The notes: a model not told the origin generated them from the sequence alone. Numbered from the stretch's first letter, positions 29,378 to 42,321 are shown. The stretch: DNA of 64,000 nucleotides from an uncultured Clostridia bacterium (GCA_963558405.1 CAUWGC010000007.1:1-64000); one strand, 5' to 3'. A program made the numbers and translations.

Positions 29378-29674
29378 TTGTTAATCAAGATAAAAAAAGA
29401 GAAATATGAAATTTTAAATAAAAATATAGATAAATTAAATTATTTATTAGAGAAGAAAAGAGTTTTAGAGTTAATAGAATTACTTGGAAATCGTAGAGAA
29501 CTTTTTTTAAGAAATCTATTTTCTGGAATGTTTAAAGGAATTGGTATTGGAATTGGATTTACAATTTTAACAGCAATTTTACTTATTATATTACAAAAAA
29601 TAGTTGCTTTAAATATTCCTGTAATAGGAAAGTGGGTTTCGGATATTATTGATATTGTAAATCAGAGTAAATGA
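29378..29674 (+). CDS. Small membrane protein (DUF5665-like)
   Basis: NLFSGMFKGIGIGIGFTIL...NIPVIG. Confidence 0.6.
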   Translation: MLIKIKKEKYEILNKNIDKLNYLLEKKRVLELIELLGNRRELFLRNLFSGMFKGIGIGIGFTILTAILLIILQKIVALNIPVIGKWVSDIIDIVNQSK

Positions 29675-29792
29675 AGTAAATGGTATGCCCAAAATTAAAG
29701 AAAAATTATTTTAACAAAAATATAAAATCCTATTTCTTTTTTTATATATTTTGTATATAATGTATCAGAGAAAAAACAAATAGGAGGAACAA

Positions 29793-30386
29793 ATGAATTT
29801 ACCAAATAAGTTGACAGTGTTTAGAATTATATTAGTGTTTGTAATGGTGGTGTTTTCTTTTTTATACATACCAGGAGAGTTTTTAGGAGTGCCAATTGTT
29901 TTTTGGGCTTTGGATTTTATTTTTATATTAGCTTCTATAACAGATAAATTAGATGGTTATCTTGCTAGAAAAAATAATCAAATTACTACATTTGGAAAGT
30001 TTGCTGATCCTTTGGCTGATAAAATATTGGTATTAACAGCAATGCTATTATTAGTACAAGATGGAAGACTTCCAGCGGTTATTCCAATTATTGTTTTAAT
30101 TAGAGAATTTGTTGTTTCTGGTTATAGATTAATTGCAGTAGAAAAAGGTGGAATGGTTATAGCTGCTAATATATGGGGAAAATTAAAAACAGTTACTCAA
30201 ATGTTAGCTATAATTTTAGCTTTTGTAGATGTTAATAGTTTTGGAGCTATATTTAGTGGTGATATAAATGGTTTTGCTTTTGTACTTAACTTATTATCTA
30301 CATCCCTTATGACAATTTCTACTATTGCTACTATTTTTTCAGGATGGAGTTACGTAAAAGAAGGAAAAGATTTATTTAAAGAATAA
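29793..30386 (+). CDS. pgsA: CDP-diacylglycerol--glycerol-3-phosphate 3-phosphatidyltransferase
   Basis: MNLPNKLT, DKLDGYLARK...FGKFADPLADK. Confidence 0.93.
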   Translation: MNLPNKLTVFRIILVFVMVVFSFLYIPGEFLGVPIVFWALDFIFILASITDKLDGYLARKNNQITTFGKFADPLADKILVLTAMLLLVQDGRLPAVIPIIVLIREFVVSGYRLIAVEKGGMVIAANIWGKLKTVTQMLAIILAFVDVNSFGAIFSGDINGFAFVLNLLSTSLMTISTIATIFSGWSYVKEGKDLFKE

Positions 30387-30395
30387 AAAATATAA

Positions 30396-32417
<2,022 letters not shown>

Positions 32418-32426
32418 GGAGTTTAT

Positions 32427-32666
32427 ATGGAAAATTATACATTTGAAAAAATGGAAGAACAGCTAAATCAAGGATTTCAGATTTATTTTACTTATGTTAA
32501 AAATCGTTATTTAATATTTAAAACAGCAGAAAACTGTTATACACAACAGCTTATTTCTGTACATGATAAAAACCCACAACCAAGAATGATGGTAATTACT
32601 TTTAAAAGAATAAAAGAAATGTTTCCTTTTATGGAAGAGATTGAATATAAAGTAAGAAATGATTAA
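32427..32666 (+). CDS. Hypothetical protein
   Basis: 79 aa, in operon context with AAGGAG RBS. Confidence 0.6.
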   Translation: MENYTFEKMEEQLNQGFQIYFTYVKNRYLIFKTAENCYTQQLISVHDKNPQPRMMVITFKRIKEMFPFMEEIEYKVRND

Positions 32667-32685
32667 ATAAAAGAAGGATTAGAAA

Positions 32686-33273
32686 ATGAACAAGCAAGAA
32701 TTAGAAAAAATAAAAAAAGAAGCATTAGAAGAACATATTCCAATTATTATGGATGATACACTAAATGTAGTTAAAGAAATTTTAATAAATATTAAGCCAG
32801 AAAATATATTAGAAATTGGAGCAGCAGTAGGGTATTCTGCTATTTGTTTTTCGGAGTATCTAAAACCAAATGGAAAAATAGATACTATTGAAAGAGAAGT
32901 AGATAGAATTAAACAAGCAAAAATTAATTTTAAAAGAGCAGAAGTAGAAGATAAAATACATCTATATGAAGGAGATGCAGTTGAAATTCTTCCTACATTG
33001 CAAGAAAAATATGATGTTGTTTTTATAGATGCATCAAAGGGTAAATATCCATTCTTCTTAGAACAAGCATTAAGAATGTTAAAACAAAATGGAGTTATTA
33101 TAGCTGATAATGTTCTTTATAAAGGATATGTTATGAGTGATTATAACAAACATAAACAAAGAACAGCAGTAAGAAATTTAAGAGAATATATTAAAAAAAT
33201 ACAAGAAAATCCAGAGCTAGAAACTAAAATTTTAGAAGTTGGGGATGGACTTGCTATAAGCAAAAAAATATAA
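32686..33273 (+). CDS. SAM-dependent O-methyltransferase (YrrM/TrmR-like)
   Basis: ILEIGAAVGYS, VFIDASKGKY, IADNVL. Confidence 0.85.
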   Translation: MNKQELEKIKKEALEEHIPIIMDDTLNVVKEILINIKPENILEIGAAVGYSAICFSEYLKPNGKIDTIEREVDRIKQAKINFKRAEVEDKIHLYEGDAVEILPTLQEKYDVVFIDASKGKYPFFLEQALRMLKQNGVIIADNVLYKGYVMSDYNKHKQRTAVRNLREYIKKIQENPELETKILEVGDGLAISKKI

Positions 33274-33332
33274 AGATAAAATAAATCATACAATATATTA
33301 AATAAATTATATTGTATGATTTTTTTGTTCTC

Positions 33333-33899
33333 CTATAATAAATAATATCCACAAGAAATAATAGTATCTGCAATAAAAATAACAATAAGTATGCGTAGGA
33401 TTGTAATTTGTATAACATAAGGTATTTTAGAAAGTAATAAATTAATTTTTCTTTTAAAAAATGGATGAATATGGTTAATAAATAATATAGCTATAATTCC
33501 CCATGCAAAAGAATAAAAAATACTAATTCTACCATTTAAATTCATAAAATCTTGAGTGTAATCCCACCAATGCATTGCAAACAAAGCATCTAATCCAAAA
33601 CTTACAATATATTCAAAAACAGAAAATACAATAGCAGAAAGGAAAAAAAGTGCAATTGAATTTTTTTTGTATTTTCTAAGAAAAATGCAAATAATAAGAG
33701 CACCATATCCATAAATAGGACAAAGTGGGCCAAACAAAAATCCTCTATTAGTAAAATGTCCTAAAACAAATAAACTATATAATGTTTCTAAAGACCAACC
33801 TAAAAATGCATAAATAAAGAAATAAACACAATAAGTTTGAGCTTTATTTAATCTTATTTTTTTTTCTTCGGTATCTTTTTTAGAAATAACTTTTTCCAT
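33333..33899 (-). CDS. Putative ABC transporter permease (CmpB-like), paralog of the gene at 16150
   Basis: RGFLFGPLCPIYG, WWDYT, NLNGRI. Confidence 0.8.
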   Translation of the reverse strand: MEKVISKKDTEEKKIRLNKAQTYCVYFFIYAFLGWSLETLYSLFVLGHFTNRGFLFGPLCPIYGYGALIICIFLRKYKKNSIALFFLSAIVFSVFEYIVSFGLDALFAMHWWDYTQDFMNLNGRISIFYSFAWGIIAILFINHIHPFFKRKINLLLSKIPYVIQITILRILIVIFIADTIISCGYYLL

Positions 33900-34021
33900 A
33901 TGACATCCTCCAATGTATTTATAATAGCAAAAAAACAAATAAAATACAATATATTTTTTAGGTTATATGATTAATCTTAATAAAAATGGAAAAAATATAC
34001 ACAAGAAGGAGGAAAATATCT

Positions 34022-34651
34022 ATGGTATTTTTTTTGATAGTACTTGGAATTTTAATCTTTTTCTTAGTAGTATTTTTTTTGATATTATTTTCAGATATAA
34101 ATATTAAAATACAAAATTTAAATGTTGATAGTGAAAGAAAAATTAATAACCAATACTTTTCTTGTATTATTGTATGTAAAGTTTTTGGGAAAATTCCACT
34201 TTTAAAATATAAAATTCCAATAGAAAAATTTATAAATAAAGTAAAAGATAAAGAATGGGAAAAAAATAATTTAAAGAAAATTGAAAAAGTAGGTGGTATA
34301 AATTTTTTAAGAGAATTGATTAAAAATTTAAAAGTGAAACTAGTTCAACTAAAGTTTAATGCAAATATTGGAATAGAAGATGCAGTAATTACATCTTTAA
34401 TAGTAGGAACTTTTAGTGCTGTAATTTCTATAATATTTTCAAAAATTGCAATTATAGAAAAGAAAAATAAATTTTATTACAAAATAAATCCTGTATACAA
34501 CAAAAATATGTACAAAATAGAGCTTGATTGTATAATTAGAGTAAAAATGGTACATATTATATCTGTAATATATATGGTATTAAAAAAGAAAGGGGAGAAG
34601 AAAAATGAGCGAACATCCAATAGAAGGTCTTATGAATACGGCTATGAATAG
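34022..34651 (+). CDS. YtfI/DUF2953-like sporulation membrane protein
   Basis: N-terminal TM; IGIEDAVITSLIVG; directly upstream of ytfJ. Confidence 0.65.
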   Translation: MVFFLIVLGILIFFLVVFFLILFSDINIKIQNLNVDSERKINNQYFSCIIVCKVFGKIPLLKYKIPIEKFINKVKDKEWEKNNLKKIEKVGGINFLRELIKNLKVKLVQLKFNANIGIEDAVITSLIVGTFSAVISIIFSKIAIIEKKNKFYYKINPVYNKNMYKIELDCIIRVKMVHIISVIYMVLKKKGEKKNERTSNRRSYEYGYE

Positions 34652-35252
34652 TATTAAAGACATGGTTGATGTAAATACAATAATTGGAGAGCCAATTGAA
34701 ACTTCAAATAATATTATAATTATACCAATTTCTAAAGTGGGATTTGGATTTGCAGCAGGTGGTAGTGAATTTAAAGGTGAAACAGTAAATGAGTATACTA
34801 AAAAAGAAAAAGAAGAAGAAATACAGTATAGATTACCATTTGGTGGAGGTAGTGGAGCAGGAGTTAGTATTACACCAATCGCATTTTTGGTAGTACAAAG
34901 TGGTACAGTAAAACTATTACCAGTAAGTCATAGTTCAGCTATTGATAAGTTACTAGATTATGTACCAGATTTAGTAGAAAAAGCCAATAATATGTTAAAT
35001 AAAACAATACAAAACAAAAAGGAAGAGGCACAAAGAAGAGACAAAATAGTAGAAAAGCTAGATAAACAAACTTTAAATCATATAGTAAAAGAAACAGCTT
35101 CTAAACCTGAACAAATTGTAAATAATATAATTAAAACAAAGCCAAGGAAAAACAAAATAACAAAGCCACAAGTTCAAAGTTATGAATTTGAATATGATGA
35201 GACAATTCCAGTAGAAAACTATGTAGATAATGAAGATGATATAGAAGAGTAA
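34605..35252 (+). CDS. ytfJ: Sporulation protein YtfJ (GerW family)
   Basis: MSEHPIEGLM...DVNTIIGEPI...SKVGFGFAAGG...FGGGSGAGVSITP. Confidence 0.92.
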   Translation: MSEHPIEGLMNTAMNSIKDMVDVNTIIGEPIETSNNIIIIPISKVGFGFAAGGSEFKGETVNEYTKKEKEEEIQYRLPFGGGSGAGVSITPIAFLVVQSGTVKLLPVSHSSAIDKLLDYVPDLVEKANNMLNKTIQNKKEEAQRRDKIVEKLDKQTLNHIVKETASKPEQIVNNIIKTKPRKNKITKPQVQSYEFEYDETIPVENYVDNEDDIEE

Positions 35253-35336
35253 AAGTTTAAAGCAAATAAAATAATTCTAAAATACCTTTCAAAAGAATAT
35301 CTATAAAGTAGATATTTAAAATTGGGAGGTATTTTT

Positions 35337-36611
35337 ATGGTGATTCATAAAAAAATAAGAATAATAGTTAGTTTATTCATTATTTTTAATATTATATTTT
35401 TGCCTATTGCAAAAGCTACAAATGATAGTATTTATGTATGGAATAATAATGGAAATAAAATAGATACAAGCAATAGAACTACAGATGCAATACAAACAAC
35501 AGCAGAAGCAAGTAATAATGTACCAAATAAAACAGATACACTAGGACTTACATCAGGAAGTGCTATTTTAATAGAGCAAAATACAGGAAGAATATTATAT
35601 GGAAAAAATATTCATGAAAAATTAAGACCTGCTAGTGTAACAAAAGTAATGACAATATTGCTAATTATGGAAGCAATAGATTCTGGTAAATTATCATATT
35701 CTGATAAAATTCCATGTAGTCAAAATGCAACAAAAATGGGTGGTTCTCAAATTTGGCTAGACACAAAAGAAACTTTAACTGTAGATGAAATGCTAAAAGC
35801 AATATGTGTTGTATCCGCAAATGACTGTACAGTTGCAATGGCAGAATACTTAGCTGGAAGTACAGATGCATTTGTAGAAAAAATGAATAAGAGAGCCAAA
35901 GAATTAGGTATGAATGATACAACTTTTAAAAATTGTCATGGATTAGATGAAGATGGGCATTTAACATCAAGTTATGATATTGCACAAATGTCAAGGGAAT
36001 TATTAACTAAACATCCAGATATAAAAAAATATACTACTATTTGGATGGACTCATTAAGAGATGGAAAAAGTCAATTAGTAAATACCAATAAATTAATTAG
36101 AAATTATACAGGAGCAACAGGATTAAAAACAGGATCTACATCTCTTGCACTATATAATTTATCTGCTAGTGCTACAAGAAATAATTTAAGTTTAATTGCA
36201 GTAATTATGAAAGCACCAACAACCAAAGATAGATTTAATGAAGCGGAAAAATTATTAGATTATGGTTTTAATAATTTTTCATATAAACAATTAAGTAAAA
36301 AAGGAGAAGAAGTAGGCAAAGTTACAGTTATAAAAGGTATAGAAAAAGAGGTAAAAGGAATAATAGAAAAGGATTGTGGAACATTGTTAAAAAAAGGAGA
36401 AGAAAAAGGAATTGTTCAAGATATTAGAATAGACGAGAATAAAACAGCACCGATATTAAAAGGCCAAAAAATAGGTGAAATAACGTATTCTTTAAATGGA
36501 ACAACATTGGAAAAAGTAAATATAATAGCTGAAAAAGATGTTCCTAAAATTGCATTTACAAGTATGTTAAGTTATATTGTATATGAATGGTTTACTCTTT
36601 TTAGAAGTTAA
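35337..36611 (+). CDS. dacF: D-alanyl-D-alanine carboxypeptidase (DacF-like)
   Basis: SVTK, SAN and KTG motifs; MGGSQIWL. Confidence 0.8.
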   Translation: MVIHKKIRIIVSLFIIFNIIFLPIAKATNDSIYVWNNNGNKIDTSNRTTDAIQTTAEASNNVPNKTDTLGLTSGSAILIEQNTGRILYGKNIHEKLRPASVTKVMTILLIMEAIDSGKLSYSDKIPCSQNATKMGGSQIWLDTKETLTVDEMLKAICVVSANDCTVAMAEYLAGSTDAFVEKMNKRAKELGMNDTTFKNCHGLDEDGHLTSSYDIAQMSRELLTKHPDIKKYTTIWMDSLRDGKSQLVNTNKLIRNYTGATGLKTGSTSLALYNLSASATRNNLSLIAVIMKAPTTKDRFNEAEKLLDYGFNNFSYKQLSKKGEEVGKVTVIKGIEKEVKGIIEKDCGTLLKKGEEKGIVQDIRIDENKTAPILKGQKIGEITYSLNGTTLEKVNIIAEKDVPKIAFTSMLSYIVYEWFTLFRS

Positions 36612-36657
36612 TAATTACAATAAAAAATTAAAGGTTAAAATCAAACCTTTAATTTTT

Positions 36658-37896
36658 TTAATTATTTATTGTTATTAATTTATTAGTAAAGTCTAGATTA
36701 GCAATAGAATCATATTCGTATCCTAATGTATAAACATTTGTTGCAAAAATATCTTTTTGAAGCATATTTAGTAAATTTTTATTAGGATTACTGTCCATAA
36801 AACGTTTAACAGAAGTAATAATTGGTAATTTGGGATTAGAAATTGCAATATCAGACAATAATTTTTTACCGTTATTGTTTAGTGCTAATACACGAACATA
36901 AGGTACATGTTTCCTTGATAGTGCCATGTCTTTTTTTGTAATTCCTATTAGTGTATATAGTAAAATTCTTTTTATTCTTGTTTCTGTATATCGTTTAGTT
37001 TTTATTTTAGAAATCAATTCTGTAATACTGTTACAAGAATTAGCAGAATCTTTAATAAGATTTTCTAAACCTTCTGTTACATCTGGTAAATTTGCTATTT
37101 CTTCACAGGTCATTTTTCTAAGACAATATAAAATTTCTTTTTCAAAACATTTTAGAGATGAAACAACATTTCCTTTTTTAATACAATTTTCTAATATAGA
37201 ATAAGAAAATCTAGGAAGAAGTGAAGAAGTTTGATTTGATTTATTTTTTTCTATTAATTTTCTTATATAACTAGCACTAGATATATTATCCTCAATAGTT
37301 AGTTCATCATGCTTTGGACCTAATCTTTCAATAGAAAAAGGTATCATCCTACTACGAAGTCTTTTTAATGCTTTTAGATATTCAATTCCTAAAATATTGT
37401 TAGGAGATGAAAGAACATTTGCATATTTTCTAATATCATTTAAATACATAAGTAGAGCATTTTCTCTGGCTTTAGGGTAAGAAATACCTTTGCTTAGTTC
37501 ATGATTTAAAATTGAGATATATTCAGCAGGTTCTTGGTATAAAATTTCTGCAAATTCATTTAATATATTAAGATTTGAAGCTTCGGCTCCAAAAGAAAAA
37601 GTGTCAACAATAGATAAAGAATCTAATAATTTAATAGCACCTTCTGCAAAATTTTCAGCACTTGAAATACTATAAACAGTTGGTAATTCTAAAACTAAAT
37701 CTATTCCGTTTAAAACAGCCATACCAGCACGGTCCCATTTATTTATAATAGCTGGTTCACCACGTTGTACAAAATTTCCACTCATTACAGCTACAGAATA
37801 ATTACATCCAGATTGTTTTTTTGATTCTTCAAGATGATAAAAATGTCCATTATGAAAAGGATTATATTCTGCAATAATACCTAAGACACCAGACAT
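36658..37896 (-). CDS. tmcAL: tRNA(Met) cytidine acetate ligase (HIGH nucleotidyltransferase)
   Basis: IAEYNPFHNGH, MSGNFVQRGEP, PNNILGIEY. Confidence 0.85.
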   Translation of the reverse strand: MSGVLGIIAEYNPFHNGHFYHLEESKKQSGCNYSVAVMSGNFVQRGEPAIINKWDRAGMAVLNGIDLVLELPTVYSISSAENFAEGAIKLLDSLSIVDTFSFGAEASNLNILNEFAEILYQEPAEYISILNHELSKGISYPKARENALLMYLNDIRKYANVLSSPNNILGIEYLKALKRLRSRMIPFSIERLGPKHDELTIEDNISSASYIRKLIEKNKSNQTSSLLPRFSYSILENCIKKGNVVSSLKCFEKEILYCLRKMTCEEIANLPDVTEGLENLIKDSANSCNSITELISKIKTKRYTETRIKRILLYTLIGITKKDMALSRKHVPYVRVLALNNNGKKLLSDIAISNPKLPIITSVKRFMDSNPNKNLLNMLQKDIFATNVYTLGYEYDSIANLDFTNKLITINN

Positions 37897-38014
37897 AAAT
37901 GTACCTCCTTTTATACATAACTTAGAATAAGAATTAATTCTAAATATTGTACAATGATTAATTTATTGATATAATATCATAAAAGAAATAATTTTACAAA
38001 TGAAAGGAACAAAA

Positions 38015-38449
38015 ATGGAAAAAGTAATTATATATACAGATGGTGCTTGTTCTGGAAACCCAGGACCAGGTGGCTGGGGGGCAATTTTAATGTATCAAGA
38101 ACATAAAAAAGAAATTTACGGGGGTAAAAAAGATACAACAAACAATGTAATGGAGCTTACAGCTGCAATAGAAGGACTAAACCTGTTAAAATTTCCATGT
38201 GAAGTGAGTTTATATAGTGATAGTGCTTATTTGGTAAATGGTTTTACTAAAGGATGGATTTACAATTGGAAAAAAAATAATTGGAAAACAGCAAGCAAAG
38301 AACCAGTAAAAAATAAAGAATTATGGGAAAAATTATATGATTTTACTAAAATACATAAAATTACTTTTATTAAAGTAAAAGGGCATAGTGATAATGAATA
38401 TAACAATAGATGTGATGAGCTTGCAAGAAAGGCTATTACAGAATTATAA
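38015..38449 (+). CDS. rnhA: Ribonuclease HI
   Basis: [33 protein letters not shown]. Confidence 0.95.
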   Translation: MEKVIIYTDGACSGNPGPGGWGAILMYQEHKKEIYGGKKDTTNNVMELTAAIEGLNLLKFPCEVSLYSDSAYLVNGFTKGWIYNWKKNNWKTASKEPVKNKELWEKLYDFTKIHKITFIKVKGHSDNEYNNRCDELARKAITEL

Positions 38450-38464
38450 AGAGAGGAAAATAAA

Positions 38465-38729
38465 ATGAGAGGATTTTATGCAGGGTCTTTTGATCCGTTT
38501 ACAAATGGACATTTAGCAATTGTAAAAAAAGCATCACAATGTTTTGAAAAGATAATTGTAGGAATTGGTGTAAACACAGATAAAAAACGATACTTGTTAT
38601 TTTAGAGCAGGAAAATTAGGATATTTATCATCAAGTATGGTAATGGAATTATATAAATATGGAAAAACAGTTGAAAAATATGTACCTAAACCAGTATTAA
38701 AAATACTAGAAGAAAAAAGAAAAGAGTAA
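38465..38729 (+). pseudogene. coaD: Phosphopantetheine adenylyltransferase with internal deletion and frameshift
   Basis: [16 protein letters not shown]...NTDKKR then stop at 38603; +1 frame from 38589 gives [22 protein letters not shown]...YVP; central part missing. Confidence 0.8.
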
Positions 38730-38734
38730 GAGGA

Positions 38735-39328
38735 GTGAAAAGTATGAAAATAATAGGTTTAACAGGAACATCAGGAGCAGGAAAAAGTACGGTTAGTGAA
38801 ATACTAATGAAAAAATATGGAGCAGAAATTATTGATGCAGATAAAGTAGCTAAAAAGTTAAGTAAAAAGGGAACTATGTATACAAAATCAATAATTAAAA
38901 GTTTTGGTGATGAAATTTTAGATTGGCAAGGTGAACTAAACAGAAAAAAACTTGCTAACATTATCTATGAAGATGAAAAGAAAAGAGAACAATTAAATCA
39001 GCTTACTTTTATTTATGTTGTAGGAGAAATAAAAAAACAAATAAATAAATTAAATCACAAAAAAATAATTGTTATTGATGCTCCATTATTATTTGAAAGT
39101 AAATTAAATCAAGTTTGTGACTTTGTAATTGCTGTTATAGCTAATAAAGAAAAAAAGATAGAAAGAATTTGTAAAAGAGATGGTATTTCTAGAGAAGAAG
39201 CTATACTAAGACTAAATGCGCAAAACACAGATGAATTTTTTAAAGAAAATAGTGATTATATATTATATAATCAAGAAGAAAAAGAAGACTTAGAAAATCA
39301 AATAGCAAGCATAAAAATATTACAATAA
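38735..39328 (+). CDS. coaE: Dephospho-CoA kinase
   Basis: IIGLTGTSGAGKS, LNRKKL, IDAPLLFE. Confidence 0.92.
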   Translation: MKSMKIIGLTGTSGAGKSTVSEILMKKYGAEIIDADKVAKKLSKKGTMYTKSIIKSFGDEILDWQGELNRKKLANIIYEDEKKREQLNQLTFIYVVGEIKKQINKLNHKKIIVIDAPLLFESKLNQVCDFVIAVIANKEKKIERICKRDGISREEAILRLNAQNTDEFFKENSDYILYNQEEKEDLENQIASIKILQ

Positions 39329-39442
39329 TGTTACAAATATTACTTTTTTGTAACATTATTGAACTTATGTGAAAATTAGAATATAATGTAGGAAACAAAG
39401 GGGTAATTGCAGGAAAATATATAAAACACATAGGAGGAAGTT

Positions 39443-40036
39443 ATGGAAACTTTTGCTGAATACATACTTTCTGAAAAAAATCATATAAGAAAAATGGAAA
39501 TTGTATATTATTTACAAATGAAAACAGGAATTTTCTACGATAAGTCTGTAGTTTTTAAAACAGAACTTGCAAAGTTATTTTTAGACCATATGAATTTAGA
39601 TGTAGATGAAAATACTGTAATAACAGCATGCCTATTATATGCCTGCAAAAAAAGTGATGACCCAACAGATTTAGAAAAAGTAAAATCATATGCAAAAGAC
39701 GGTTCTAAATATTTAGCAAGTTTAGGATTTTCAAAAAGGTTTTGCAAAATATGTGAAGAAGCAAACAGATATAGCGGTAGCATAAATAGAGAAAAAGAAA
39801 GCGATATTTTAGAGTTAGTTGACCAGTTTGGAGGAATGCTATTACATCGTCCAGAAAGAATTGCTTTTAAAATTGATGAAGCAATGGTTCTTTTGGAACA
39901 TAGAAATCTAAAAGGAAAAAATAATAGATATCTAGAAAAATTTAAACAATTTATAGAGATGATGGAAAATATAAAAGTAAATGGGTTAGGAAATGGAATA
40001 ATTACCGATTTACAAGAAAGGATGAATGTAGCATGA
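39443..40036 (+). CDS. Hypothetical protein (degenerate HD-fold-like)
   Basis: TACLLY, G.KYL..LGFS...C, ILELVDQF resemble the HD-domain layout without the metal ligands. Confidence 0.5.
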   Translation: METFAEYILSEKNHIRKMEIVYYLQMKTGIFYDKSVVFKTELAKLFLDHMNLDVDENTVITACLLYACKKSDDPTDLEKVKSYAKDGSKYLASLGFSKRFCKICEEANRYSGSINREKESDILELVDQFGGMLLHRPERIAFKIDEAMVLLEHRNLKGKNNRYLEKFKQFIEMMENIKVNGLGNGIITDLQERMNVA

Positions 40037-40203
40037 TATCAGAAGAAATACAAAAAAGCACAGTACAAGCTATAAGAGAAGCAGAAGCAACAGGTAGAAT
40101 TATAAGAAAAGCACTTGAAGAAAGAAAAACTAAAGCAAATGATCAAACAACAATAAATCCAGCAGATTTAGTAAGAGATATAAAAGAAGAAATGGAAAAA
40201 TAA
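40033..40203 (+). CDS. Small hypothetical protein (56 aa)
   Basis: ATGA overlap with the upstream stop; MISEEIQKSTVQAIREAE... Confidence 0.5.
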   Translation: MISEEIQKSTVQAIREAEATGRIIRKALEERKTKANDQTTINPADLVRDIKEEMEK

Positions 40204-40275
40204 TCACAAAAGATAAGAGGTTAAGTTTTAACCTCTTATCTTTATGAAAAAATAAAATAAGAAAGGAAATAAAAA

Positions 40276-41472
40276 ATGAAAGAAATATTTGCAGATTTAC
40301 ATGTACATATAGGAAGAAGTGAAAATAATAAACCAATTAAAATAACAGCAGCAAGGTCTTTAAACTTTGCAAACATAGCTAAAGAATGTTGCGATAGAAA
40401 AGGTATTCAAGTAGTAGGAATTGTAGATTGTGCTTCTCCATATGTTATAGAAGATATTGAAAACTTTTTAAGAAATGGTGATGCATACGAAATAGATGAT
40501 GGAGGAATTATATATAAGGATAAAGTATGTATATTATTGGGAAGTGAAGTAGAAACTTCAGAAATAAATGAAAATGGAAAAACAGGAACAGCACATAGTG
40601 TATGCTTTTTCCCTAGATTAAATGACATTAAAAACTTTTCAAAAGAAATGTCAAATCATATCCATAATATGACACTTAGTACACAAAGAGCAAATATTTC
40701 TGCATATGATTTATTAGATATAGTAGAAAAATATAATGGATTTTTAATGCCAGCTCATATTTTTACTCCTCACAAAAGTTTTTATGGAAAATGCACTAAT
40801 AGACTAGAAAGAATTTTTAAAGAAAAATACTCTAATATTTTTGCAGTAGAATTAGGATTAAGTTCAGATACATTTTTAGCTGATGAGATTTCTGAACTAG
40901 AAACAAAAACTTTTGTAACAAATTCTGATGCACATTCTCTTCCTAAAATAGCAAGAGAATATAATAAAATGCTAGTAGAGAATATTAGTTTTAAAGAGGT
41001 AAAAAAAGCATTACAAGGGCAAGATGGAAGAAAAGTTTTAGATAATTATGGTTTAGATCCAAAACTTGGAAAATATCATAGAACTTACTGCGAAGTTTGC
41101 GGAAAAAATATTAGTGGACTACCACCTGTAACTACATGTGATACATGTGATAGCAGAAACATAACAATGGGAGTTTTTGACAGAATAGAACAAATAAAGG
41201 ATAAAAAACAAACTAAAAGTCCAGAAAATAGACCACCATATATTTATCAAATACCATTAAATTTTATTCCAGGTGTAGGTGGTAAGACAATAGAAAAATT
41301 ACTTAATCATTTTGAAACAGAAATGACTATATTACATAAGGTTTCAAAAGATGATATAGAAGGTGTAGTTGGAGAAAAAACTGCAAATCTTATAATAAAA
41401 GCAAGAAGCGGACAAATGCAAATACAAGCTGGCGGTGGAGGAGTATACGGTAAAGTATGCTCTAAAGATTAA
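40276..41472 (+). CDS. YqxK/TIGR00375-family PHP-domain protein (endonuclease Q-like)
   Basis: ADLHVH, PAHIFTP, NSDAHS, GKYHRTYC. Confidence 0.85.
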   Translation: MKEIFADLHVHIGRSENNKPIKITAARSLNFANIAKECCDRKGIQVVGIVDCASPYVIEDIENFLRNGDAYEIDDGGIIYKDKVCILLGSEVETSEINENGKTGTAHSVCFFPRLNDIKNFSKEMSNHIHNMTLSTQRANISAYDLLDIVEKYNGFLMPAHIFTPHKSFYGKCTNRLERIFKEKYSNIFAVELGLSSDTFLADEISELETKTFVTNSDAHSLPKIAREYNKMLVENISFKEVKKALQGQDGRKVLDNYGLDPKLGKYHRTYCEVCGKNISGLPPVTTCDTCDSRNITMGVFDRIEQIKDKKQTKSPENRPPYIYQIPLNFIPGVGGKTIEKLLNHFETEMTILHKVSKDDIEGVVGEKTANLIIKARSGQMQIQAGGGGVYGKVCSKD

Positions 41473-41549
41473 AAAAATAAAATAATATAGTTCTAAATCT
41501 TATCTTATGGAATACACATTATGTAGAAACTAAAAACAGGAGGAATAAG

Positions 41550-42194
41550 ATGAGAGAAGAACCTAAGAAAAGAGAAAAATTTAAAAATATTATAGGAAAT
41601 CATATTGTTAATAATCTAACAGAATATGCTATTGTAATCTTAATGTTTTTTATAGGAGTTATACTAGGAATAATATTTATAAATAATATTAAAGAGGAGC
41701 AAAGTAAAGAATTAGAAAGTTATATTAATACATTTATAACTTCTTTAAAAGATGGAAGCAGTATAGATAAGGTAAGCCTTTTGATGCAATCTTTAAAAAA
41801 TAATATTGGACTAGGAATACTGTTATGGTTTATAGGATGTACTGTAATAGGAGTTCCTATAATATATTTATTAATTGCTTTTAGAGGTTTTTGCCTAGGA
41901 TATACCATTTCAGCTGTAATAGCTATTATGGGAGTAGGAAAAGGAGCATTATTTATTTTATCTAGTATGCTACTTCAAAATTTTTTCTTTATACCATGTA
42001 TTTTAGCATTAGGAGTTAGTGGTATGAAATTGTATAAATCTATTATGAAAGATAAAAGAAAAGAAAACATAAAATTGGAAATAATAAGACATACAATTTT
42101 TTCTGTTATTATGATTATGATACTTGCATTATCTTCGGTAGTAGAAGTATATGGTTCTTCAAATATTTCACAATTTACTATAAAATATTTATAA
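41550..42194 (+). CDS. spoIIM: Stage II sporulation protein M
   Basis: Multi-TM; IGVP...FRGFCLGYTI; synteny with yqxK and xerD. Confidence 0.85.
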   Translation: MREEPKKREKFKNIIGNHIVNNLTEYAIVILMFFIGVILGIIFINNIKEEQSKELESYINTFITSLKDGSSIDKVSLLMQSLKNNIGLGILLWFIGCTVIGVPIIYLLIAFRGFCLGYTISAVIAIMGVGKGALFILSSMLLQNFFFIPCILALGVSGMKLYKSIMKDKRKENIKLEIIRHTIFSVIMIMILALSSVVEVYGSSNISQFTIKYL

Positions 42195-42321
42195 TTTTTT
42201 GAAAAACTCTTTACAATTTTGACCGAATTTGATATAACATAAGTGTTAATTTATGTTAAGTTAAAAAAGGTTTTGCATTACCACAAAAATGTAAAATTTT
42301 CTAGGAATAAGGGGAGCAAAA

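Noticed and set aside
38582-38600. Programmed +1 frameshift at CGA rescuing coaD
   Set aside because: Even a shifted product (~87 aa) would lack the central part of the enzyme; a deletion explains it better.
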